DNA from: Nitrospinaceae bacterium
GTDB lineage: Bacteria > Nitrospinota > Nitrospinia > Nitrospinales > Nitrospinaceae
DNA length: 64,000 nt
Assembly: GCA_965237905.1 (NCBI GenBank)
Contig: OZ250172.1
Span: 256,001-320,000, forward strand
Direction of reading: 5' to 3'
Position 1 is the stretch's first letter, and each line of letters starts with the position of its first letter. The position numbers and the translations under genes are program-made. Under the pieces are notes generated by a model. It ran no database searches. It was not told the origin of the DNA and was given only the letters and a program-made list of their open reading frames with translations. Of the stretch, positions 1 through 8,024 are shown one piece after another.

Positions 1-101
1 TTTTTGACAAAACCCAAATCGACGATATTTTTATGAAGGTCCGGGTCCATGACGGTTTTCAACGCGGCCATGACCTTTACTTGCAAGTCTTGATCAGACA
101 T
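1..101 (-). CDS. Mrp/ApbC Fe-S cluster carrier, N-terminal DUF59/MIP18-like domain (partial, runs off the window)
   Basis: Minus strand translates MSDQDLQVKVMAALKTVMDPDLHKNIVDLGFVK, matching the 'L..V.DP.L..nIv.LG.V' DUF59 signature; AGGAG SD upstream. Confidence 0.75.
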   Translation of the reverse strand, partial: MSDQDLQVKVMAALKTVMDPDLHKNIVDLGFVK

Positions 102-451
102 TTGTTTCTCCTAAGAGGTATCCCAAACAATCGCGGTAACTAGTTACCTGGAAAACGATTGGATGTCCACTCCGAGTGGCGATAGGGGATGGTTGCAATT
201 TGGATGAAATTTTAAATCGGATTGACGGGAAATTAAAAGCGTATTTTCCCTTTTACTGACTTTAGGATGGCCCTGCCCTAAAAAAGATTTTAATAATCCT
301 AAAAGGTTATAGGAATTTCACCTTCGGGAATTGCAAAACCTTTTATCCTGTAGCCATTTAAACCGCTTTTTTGATTACCAGGAAAGCACCCGCATACAGT
401 GTAAATATAGTATCAGAAACCCCCATGTTCTGTATTTTATTCTTTACAAAT

Positions 452-479
452 TTGACATCAGCGATTAAATTCTTATTAT
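452..479 (+). promoter_or_regulatory. Putative sigma70 promoter of the topoisomerase operon
   Basis: TTGACA (452-457), 16 bp spacer, TATTAT (474-479). Confidence 0.5.
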
Positions 480-613
480 TGAAGCAGTTAGTTGGTAGCC
501 ACCGAGCGCTTCTTTAAAGTTAAATTACCTCAAACCCGCTTCAGACACCTCATTTCTGTTGCCGACACAGGAAGTAGTCCACCGGACACCGCATTCAACC
601 ACCCAATTAAACC

Positions 614-2878
614 ATGGCCAAAGAAAAAGCTTCGGACATTATCCACGAGTTGGAAAACCGTTTTCTGACCTATGCGCTTTCCACCATCGTTTCGCGCTCC
701 CTTCCGGACGTGCGCGATGGGCTGAAGCCGATTCACCGCCGCATCCTCTTCGCCATTAACAGCATGGGGGTAACCTCTGACTCCAAGCCGGTGAAGTCGG
801 CGAAAATCATCGGTGAGGTTCTGGGTAAGTATCATCCGCATGGCGACGCATCTACTTACGAGTCCATGGTGCGTATGGCACAGGATTTTTCCATGCGTTA
901 CCCCCTGGTGGACGGCAAAGGCAATTTCGGCTCGCTGGACGGCGACCCTCCGGCGGCCTATCGTTACACCGAGGGTCGACTGACACCGATCACTTCGTAC
1001 ATTCTGAACGACATTAAAAAAGACACCGTCGATTTCCGGCAGAACTACGACAACACGCTCAAAGAACCGGAAATCCTGCCCTCACGCATTCCCAACCTGC
1101 TGATCAACGGCTCATCGGGGATTGCCGTCGGCATGGCATGCTCATTTCCCAGTCACAACCTGACCGAAGTGATTGACGCACTGCTCTCCCTCATTGACGA
1201 GCCAAAGCAAACCACCACCCAAATCATGAAGTCCATCAAGGGACCGGATTTTCCGACCGGCGGTATCATTCTGAACTCCAAAACGGAAATCCGCAAAGCG
1301 TATGATCAGGGATTGGGTGCAGTCAAGATTCGCGGCGAGTGGCAACAGGAAGACCTGCCTCGAGGCAAAATACAGATTATCCTGACGGCCATTCCCTACG
1401 GTGTGAACAAGTCCCGGTTGATTGAAAAAATCGCCGAGATCATCATTGGCAAAAAACTTCCAGCATTGATTGATATTCGTGATGAAAGCGACGAGAACGT
1501 GCGGGTGGTTTTGGAAATCAAAAACGGTTCCGATCCGGAAAAAACCATGACCTACCTGTTCAAGCACACGGAACTGGAAACAAATTTTCAATTGAATTTC
1601 AATTGCCTGAAGCCGACCGGCGAACCGGCCCGCCTCTCTCTCAAAGAGATCTGTTCGCATTTCCTTGATTTCCGGAAAGACGTGATTGCCCGCCGGTTGA
1701 AATTCGATCTTGCTGTTATCGAAAAACGCCTGCACATTCTTACGGCTTTTGTCATCGTCTTCAAAAAACTCGACAAGGCCCTCAAGCTGATCCGTTCTTC
1801 CAAGGCGCGACAGGAAGCGGCGACCAAACTGAAGAAAGAGTTCAAGCTGGATGACGAACAGGTTTCCGCCATTCTGGAAATTCCACTGTACCGCCTGGTA
1901 TCAATGGAAATCGACAAAATCCAACTAGAGCAAAAGGAAAAACTCAAAGAACAGAAAGAAATAAAAAGCATCCTGGCCTCCCAAAAGAAGATATGGGACG
2001 TAGTTAAAACCGAGCTGAAGGAAATCGGGGAAAAATTCGGCGACAAACGGCGCACCAAAATCAAAACGATTGAAACGGTGGAATACAACGCGGAAGATTT
2101 CATCGAAGATGAGAATGTGGTTCTGGTGCTGAGCCGCAACGGCTGGCTGAGGAAAACCAAAAACCTGAGTGATCCTGCTACCCTCAAATTCAAGGAAAAA
2201 GACGGATTGTTGGGAATCGTTCGGACGAACTCCCGCGACTTGGCGGCCATCTTTACTTCCGCCGGGATGGTGTACATCCATAAAGTGTTCAATCTGCCCT
2301 ACACACGAGGTGGTTTCGGTGAGCCGGTTCAGAGTCTTTTCAAATTCGGCGACGGCGAGCGGGTCATCAAAATACTATCACTGCCTGGAGGGGAAAACGG
2401 CAAAACCGAAGAATCGGGAGAGCAACAGGCTTTCGAGTTTGAGGATAGTATTAAAGATTCCGAGGAACTGCTGTTCGTCAATAACGTGGGCAATGGGTTT
2501 ACGTTCCCGGTCGCTAACCTGACGGAAACCAGCCGCGCCGGAAAACGGGTGATGTCTGTCAAAGAAGACGCGCGCATGGTGGCGGTCAGCCCGGTCACCG
2601 AAGACTATGTTTTACTGGTATCAGAGGTCGGCAAAGGTCTTTTGATCGAACTGGAGCAAGTGACCCAGTTGACCGGAGCGGGCGTGGGTGTCAAATTGAT
2701 GAATCCGGCTAAAAGCAAAGTGTCTGCCGCCAAATGTGTGGATCGCAAGCAATCGGTCCAAATGATTTTTGAAGACGGCAAAAGCAAGGAACTCAATCTC
2801 TCGAAAATTACCGTTCACAACCGCGGGGGCCAGGGAGCTTTCGTGTCCAAGAATAAAAAAGTAATCAACCTGACCTGA
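614..2878 (+). CDS. parC: Type IIA topoisomerase subunit A (topoisomerase IV ParC-like)
   Basis: RSLPDVRDGLKP, HPHGD and AAYRYTE (catalytic Tyr) motifs; 754 aa; no canonical QRRGGKG GyrA-box at the start of the C-terminal domain. Confidence 0.8.
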   Translation: MAKEKASDIIHELENRFLTYALSTIVSRSLPDVRDGLKPIHRRILFAINSMGVTSDSKPVKSAKIIGEVLGKYHPHGDASTYESMVRMAQDFSMRYPLVDGKGNFGSLDGDPPAAYRYTEGRLTPITSYILNDIKKDTVDFRQNYDNTLKEPEILPSRIPNLLINGSSGIAVGMACSFPSHNLTEVIDALLSLIDEPKQTTTQIMKSIKGPDFPTGGIILNSKTEIRKAYDQGLGAVKIRGEWQQEDLPRGKIQIILTAIPYGVNKSRLIEKIAEIIIGKKLPALIDIRDESDENVRVVLEIKNGSDPEKTMTYLFKHTELETNFQLNFNCLKPTGEPARLSLKEICSHFLDFRKDVIARRLKFDLAVIEKRLHILTAFVIVFKKLDKALKLIRSSKARQEAATKLKKEFKLDDEQVSAILEIPLYRLVSMEIDKIQLEQKEKLKEQKEIKSILASQKKIWDVVKTELKEIGEKFGDKRRTKIKTIETVEYNAEDFIEDENVVLVLSRNGWLRKTKNLSDPATLKFKEKDGLLGIVRTNSRDLAAIFTSAGMVYIHKVFNLPYTRGGFGEPVQSLFKFGDGERVIKILSLPGGENGKTEESGEQQAFEFEDSIKDSEELLFVNNVGNGFTFPVANLTETSRAGKRVMSVKEDARMVAVSPVTEDYVLLVSEVGKGLLIELEQVTQLTGAGVGVKLMNPAKSKVSAAKCVDRKQSVQMIFEDGKSKELNLSKITVHNRGGQGAFVSKNKKVINLT

Positions 2879-2883
2879 ACCTT

Positions 2884-4773
2884 ATGAGCAGTTACAAAGC
2901 CAAAGACATTCAAGTTCTGGAGGGCCTGGAACCGGTCCGCAAACGGCCGGGGATGTATATCGGTGCGACCTCCCTGCAGGGCCTGCATCATCTGGTCTGG
3001 GAAATTCTGGACAACTCCGTCGACGAGGCGCTGAACGGGCACTGCAATCAAATCGAGATCCACATCAAAAAGGGAAATGAAATCACCGTTAAAGACAACG
3101 GCCGCGGCATTCCCATCGATCAATTCCAGAAAACCAAAAAAAGCGCCATGGAAGTGTTATTCACCACTCTGCATTCCGGTGGTAAGTTCCAGGAGGGCAG
3201 TTACAAGGTATCGGGCGGATTGCACGGCGTGGGCATGGCCGTGGTGTGTGCCCTTTCGAAATCGTTGATTGCCACATCCCGCCGCGAGGGGTTTGAGTGG
3301 ACCCAGGAATTTTCCCAAGGCAAAGCCAAAGGCAAACTGAAAAAAGGCAAGGCCTGCCGTACCAAAGGGACCGAAATCAGCTTCAAACCGGATCCTGAAA
3401 TCTTTCCCAAAATCGAGTTCAACGTAAAATGGATTCTGGAACGGGCCGAATCCAAGGCCTTCCTCAACAAGGGCCTGAAAATCATTGTCAAGGAAGACAA
3501 GAAAACTCACACCTTCCAATACCCCGAAGGCATCAAGGATTTCATCCGCAAAATCATTGACAGTAAGTCAGTATTGGTCGAGGAACCTTTTTACACGGAG
3601 AAAGAAGATAAAAAACTCCGCATGGAAGCGGTCTTTGTATGGACCTCCAACACGGATACCGTGATTCATTCCTACGCCAACGCGATCAAGACCATCGACG
3701 GGGGCACCCATGAAAATGGTTTCCGCAACGGGATCACTAAAGCTTTGAAGGCGTATATTGAGCGCCGCAAACTTCTTCCCAAGGGAATCACGGGCATTAC
3801 CAGTGACGATGCCAAAGAAGGCTTAGTGGCCATTATAAACGTATACCTTCAAGGCGACGTGGAGTTCCAGGGCCAGACCAAAGGCCGTCTCAATTCCGAC
3901 ATCACGTCCCAAGTGGAATCGGTGATCAAGCATTCACTGGAGCATTATCTCCACGACCACCAATCGGTGGGTGATCTGGTCGCCAACCGGGTGATTCTGG
4001 CCGCACAGGCCCGCATCGCCTCCCGTCAGGCAAAAGATTCTGTTAATCGCAAAACTCATATCTCGCATCGATTGAACCTTCCCGGAAAACTTTCCGATTG
4101 CGCCTCGACAGATCGCGAGGAATCGGAGTTGTTTATTTGCGAAGGAGATTCGGCAGGGGGTTCCAGCAAACAAGCCCGTGATCGGAAGACCCAGGCCATT
4201 TTGCCGATTCGCGGTAAAATATTAAACGTGGAAACCGCCGCGCAGGATAAGATTCATGCCAATGCGGAAATCAAAAATATCGTTTCCGCTTTGGGAACCG
4301 GGATTGAGCCCAAATTTGACTATGACAAATTGCGATACGGCAAAATCATTCTCATGACCGATGCCGATGTCGACGGCGCCCATATCTGCTCCCTGTTGCT
4401 GACTTTTTTCTACCGATTCATGCCTCAGCTCATTAAAGAAGGACATCTGTTTATCGCTCAACCACCCCTGTACCGGATCGATTCCGGCAAAAAACTTTTT
4501 TATGCGGTGGATGACAAGGAGAAAAATAAGATTGTCGAGGAATTGAATGGAGCCAAATATGAGGTAGGACGCTTCAAAGGACTCGGCGAAATGCCTTCCC
4601 AGGATCTTAAATCCACCACCATGGATAAAAACAAGAGAACCCTTATACGGGTGACGATTGAAAACAACAAGCGTACCGATAAAACGTTTGACCGCCTTAT
4701 GGGTAAGGAAGCCCACCACCGTTTCAAATTTATTCAGGAGAAAGCTCCATTTTTCAAAGAGTTGGATGTTTGA
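2884..4773 (+). CDS. parE: Type IIA topoisomerase subunit B (ParE-like)
   Basis: VRKRPGMYIG, DNGRGIP, LHSGGKF, EGDSAGG, PIRGKILNV, DADVDG and RFKGLGEM motifs; 629 aa. Confidence 0.8.
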   Translation: MSSYKAKDIQVLEGLEPVRKRPGMYIGATSLQGLHHLVWEILDNSVDEALNGHCNQIEIHIKKGNEITVKDNGRGIPIDQFQKTKKSAMEVLFTTLHSGGKFQEGSYKVSGGLHGVGMAVVCALSKSLIATSRREGFEWTQEFSQGKAKGKLKKGKACRTKGTEISFKPDPEIFPKIEFNVKWILERAESKAFLNKGLKIIVKEDKKTHTFQYPEGIKDFIRKIIDSKSVLVEEPFYTEKEDKKLRMEAVFVWTSNTDTVIHSYANAIKTIDGGTHENGFRNGITKALKAYIERRKLLPKGITGITSDDAKEGLVAIINVYLQGDVEFQGQTKGRLNSDITSQVESVIKHSLEHYLHDHQSVGDLVANRVILAAQARIASRQAKDSVNRKTHISHRLNLPGKLSDCASTDREESELFICEGDSAGGSSKQARDRKTQAILPIRGKILNVETAAQDKIHANAEIKNIVSALGTGIEPKFDYDKLRYGKIILMTDADVDGAHICSLLLTFFYRFMPQLIKEGHLFIAQPPLYRIDSGKKLFYAVDDKEKNKIVEELNGAKYEVGRFKGLGEMPSQDLKSTTMDKNKRTLIRVTIENNKRTDKTFDRLMGKEAHHRFKFIQEKAPFFKELDV

Positions 4774-4873
4774 CCCTCCTAATCCTCCTATTTTCACTCC
4801 AAGCGATCTAAATTAAGGTAAATCAATTGCCTAAAGGATTAAGCAAAAATACCGCTAACAATTATGATTACCC

Positions 4874-4902
4874 TTGAAATATTAAGCGTTTAATAGTAGA
4901 AT
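4874..4902 (+). promoter_or_regulatory. Putative sigma70 promoter for the GAF-ATPase genes
   Basis: TTGAAA (4874-4879), 17 bp spacer, TAGAAT (4897-4902) in an AT-rich intergenic region. Confidence 0.5.
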
Positions 4903-4973
4903 TACATTAAAAGTCCATATAAATAATTCCACCTTAAATGTTCAATATTTAACTCGTGTGGGAACTTTTGTCT

Positions 4974-7907
4974 ATGAGTCCTGTTCAAGCAAAGCCTGCT
5001 AAATCAACGAAGTCACTTAAACCGACTCAGCCGGGCAAGCCCGCAGGCAAGCCTGCGAAACCGGTTGCCAAGTCCTCCTCTGCCGCCCCAAAAAAGGCAC
5101 AAGGACGCCGTGCTTCGGACAAATTAAAACCCGTTGTTAATCGAATATTGTCTTCGGAAAGCATTACCAAAACCCTTTTTGAACTTACCGAAGAATTACA
5201 ACAACTCTTTGAAGCAGACAAAGTTACGGTCTATGCCATTGACCGTCCCAAACGACAACTGTTCTCACGCAATTTTGCATCCTCTGAAAGTCAGGAAATA
5301 CGGGTCGATATTTCCCCAAAAAGTTTGGCGGGTTTTGTCGCTGCTTCAGGGCGCACTCTCAATATTCACGATGCCTATGACAAAGGGGAACTTGGCAAAA
5401 TTCATCCCGAATTGAATCTGGATACCAAATGGGACAAAAAACTGGGTTATAGAACTACATCTTGCCTAATCGTTGCCTTGCCTCATAACAAAAAATTGAT
5501 GGGTGTCCTTCAAATCATCAATAAAAAATCGGCACCTCATTTTACCGATGAGGATGTACGACTGGCGAAAGAACTGGCCGGTACCCTGGGACACTGCATC
5601 GTCAAAATGCAGTCGGAAATTATCGAGGAGAAAATTCAGGCAACCTCGCACGCCATTCATACCGCGTCCACCTTGCAGGAGATCCTGATCGAATTGCGAA
5701 TGCCCATCCTTCAATTATTCGAATGCAAAATGGTCACTATCTATGCGGTGGATAAGGCAAAAAATGAGATCTACTCTCAGGTTCGTCCGGGAGACACATT
5801 GGAGGAAATACGCCTCCCTATTTCTCCAAAGAGCATTGCCGGCTGTGTGGCTGTGGAGAAAAGGCCGGTTAACATCAAAAACGTCAATGACCAGGTGGAA
5901 CTGGTTAAATATCATCCGGAATTGGCGTTTGATAAATCCTGGGATTCTCTATCGGGAGAACAAGCCAAAAGCATGCTGGTTTGTCCTTTGATCCATGAAG
6001 GGGAATTGATGGGTATCCTCCAACTGGTCAACAAACAGAATGAGGAACCCTTCAACGTCAACGATGAAAAATGTATTTTGGCGATAGGCCAATCCCTGTC
6101 ACTGGCACTTTATAATCAGCAAAGACAAGCTAAAACCAAACCGACCAAGTTCAGTCACCTGATCAACAATGGGCTATTAAGCCAGGAAGAATTGACCAAA
6201 GCGATTACCCAGGCCCGCACCAATGGGATCGATATCGAAGCGATTCTTTTAAATGAATTTAAGATTAAGCGAGCTGATTACGGTAAATCCCTGGAGGAAT
6301 TTTACAAGGTTCCCTATGTGGGTTACTCAGTTGAGGTGGTCCTGCCGCAGTCCCTTTTTACCGGCCTCAACACCAACTTCCTGGCCAAAAATAATTGGCT
6401 GCCGATTGAAAAGAGCGCTAACAAAGTCACCATTCTGATCGATAATCCTGCCAATCAGGACAAGATTCAGAACATCAAGCTGATCTTCTCCAAAAAGGCT
6501 CTCGAATTTAAAGTGGGCCTTAAAGCGGACATTCATGATTTCCTCAAAGTCACCCCGGATGGGTCCGGCATAGATGATGACGACGAAGATCCCGTAGAGA
6601 CCGAAGAGGTTTCGAGCCTGCTGGATGCTCTGCAAAGTGAAGCGGATGATGCGGCGGTCATTGATACCGCTCAAGATGATGATTCCAATGCTATCAGCGA
6701 AACGGACAGTACCATCGTCAAACTGGTCAACAAAATCCTGATCGATGCTTATGATATGGGGGTTTCAGATATTCATATTGAACCGGGCGTAGGAAAGAAG
6801 CTCATGAGAGTCCGCTACAGAAAGGACGGGGCCTGCCGGATTTATCAGGAAATTCCACCGATGTACAAGCAAGCTTTCATTTCCCGCATCAAGATTATGT
6901 CCAGATTGGATATTGCAGAACGGCGCATGCCCCAGGATGGCAAAATCAAAATGAAATACGGTAAAAAAGAAATTGAATACCGTGTCGCGACCTGCCCGAC
7001 CGTAGGCGGCAATGAGGACGCCGTTTTGCGTATTCTGGCCGCAAGCAAACCGATTCCCCTAGAGAATATGAACTTATCTACAAGAAATCTGGAGTTGATC
7101 CATACTTATGCAGAAAAGCCATATGGTTTGATCTTGTGCGTGGGCCCTACCGGGTCCGGTAAAACCACGACCCTTCACTCCACTCTGGGTTATATCAATA
7201 AGCCTGACAGAAAAATATGGACTGCCGAGGACCCCGTTGAAATAACTCAGGAGGGCCTGCGTCAGGTTCAGATGCTACCCAAGATCGGCTTGGATTTTGC
7301 TCGGGCCATGCGTTCGTTTCTGCGTGGCGACCCGGACGTCATCATGGTGGGTGAAATGCGCGACGTAGAAACCTGCTCCATCGGTTTGGAAGCGTCCTTA
7401 ACAGGTCATCTGGTGTTCAGTACCCTGCATACAAACTCCGCGCCGGAAACCATTACCCGCCTTCTGGATATGGGGATGAATCCTCTGAACTTTGCCGACG
7501 CCCTGCTCCTCATCATAGCTCAAAGATTGGTGAGAACCCTGTGTAAAGATTGTAAAGAAGACCATCATCCAACTCGCGAAGAATATGAGCAATTGGTTCA
7601 TGAATATGGTAGTGAGGAACTCTTCAATAAAAACATTGCTATCGCTTATTCCGATGGACTCCTCCTTAAGAAGCCCGTTGGATGCTCCAAATGCAACGAC
7701 ACCGGCTACGCCGGGCGAACCGGTATCCATGAGGTTCTGGAAGGAACCGATGAAATCAAGCGCATGGTCATGAAGCAAGCTCTGATGGAAGAGCTAAGAG
7801 ATCAGGCTGCCAGCCAGGGAATGACGACCTTGAAACAGGATGGTATCTGGAAAGTTTTCAAAGGGGATTGTGATTTAAAGCAAGTCATGTCGGTCTGTAT
7901 TGTTTAA
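4974..7907 (+). CDS. PilB/GspE-family secretion ATPase with two N-terminal GAF domains (copy 1)
   Basis: Walker A GPTGSGKTT, TAEDPVE, VIMVGEMRD, GHLVFSTLHTN, CKDC/CSKC Zn motif; two GAF repeats ending NK..F...D; Lys/Pro/Ala-rich N-terminal extension. ATG 4974 preferred over GTG 4956. Confidence 0.9.
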   Translation: MSPVQAKPAKSTKSLKPTQPGKPAGKPAKPVAKSSSAAPKKAQGRRASDKLKPVVNRILSSESITKTLFELTEELQQLFEADKVTVYAIDRPKRQLFSRNFASSESQEIRVDISPKSLAGFVAASGRTLNIHDAYDKGELGKIHPELNLDTKWDKKLGYRTTSCLIVALPHNKKLMGVLQIINKKSAPHFTDEDVRLAKELAGTLGHCIVKMQSEIIEEKIQATSHAIHTASTLQEILIELRMPILQLFECKMVTIYAVDKAKNEIYSQVRPGDTLEEIRLPISPKSIAGCVAVEKRPVNIKNVNDQVELVKYHPELAFDKSWDSLSGEQAKSMLVCPLIHEGELMGILQLVNKQNEEPFNVNDEKCILAIGQSLSLALYNQQRQAKTKPTKFSHLINNGLLSQEELTKAITQARTNGIDIEAILLNEFKIKRADYGKSLEEFYKVPYVGYSVEVVLPQSLFTGLNTNFLAKNNWLPIEKSANKVTILIDNPANQDKIQNIKLIFSKKALEFKVGLKADIHDFLKVTPDGSGIDDDDEDPVETEEVSSLLDALQSEADDAAVIDTAQDDDSNAISETDSTIVKLVNKILIDAYDMGVSDIHIEPGVGKKLMRVRYRKDGACRIYQEIPPMYKQAFISRIKIMSRLDIAERRMPQDGKIKMKYGKKEIEYRVATCPTVGGNEDAVLRILAASKPIPLENMNLSTRNLELIHTYAEKPYGLILCVGPTGSGKTTTLHSTLGYINKPDRKIWTAEDPVEITQEGLRQVQMLPKIGLDFARAMRSFLRGDPDVIMVGEMRDVETCSIGLEASLTGHLVFSTLHTNSAPETITRLLDMGMNPLNFADALLLIIAQRLVRTLCKDCKEDHHPTREEYEQLVHEYGSEELFNKNIAIAYSDGLLLKKPVGCSKCNDTGYAGRTGIHEVLEGTDEIKRMVMKQALMEELRDQAASQGMTTLKQDGIWKVFKGDCDLKQVMSVCIV

Positions 7908-8024
7908 GCCTTAAGATATTTCAGGTGAGACATACGACATTACCATGCAGTACTTGATTTGTTTTTTGTAGCCACTTCACTCTAAATCATCTCCTCATTA
8001 TTATTAAATGCACAGGAAATTTTT

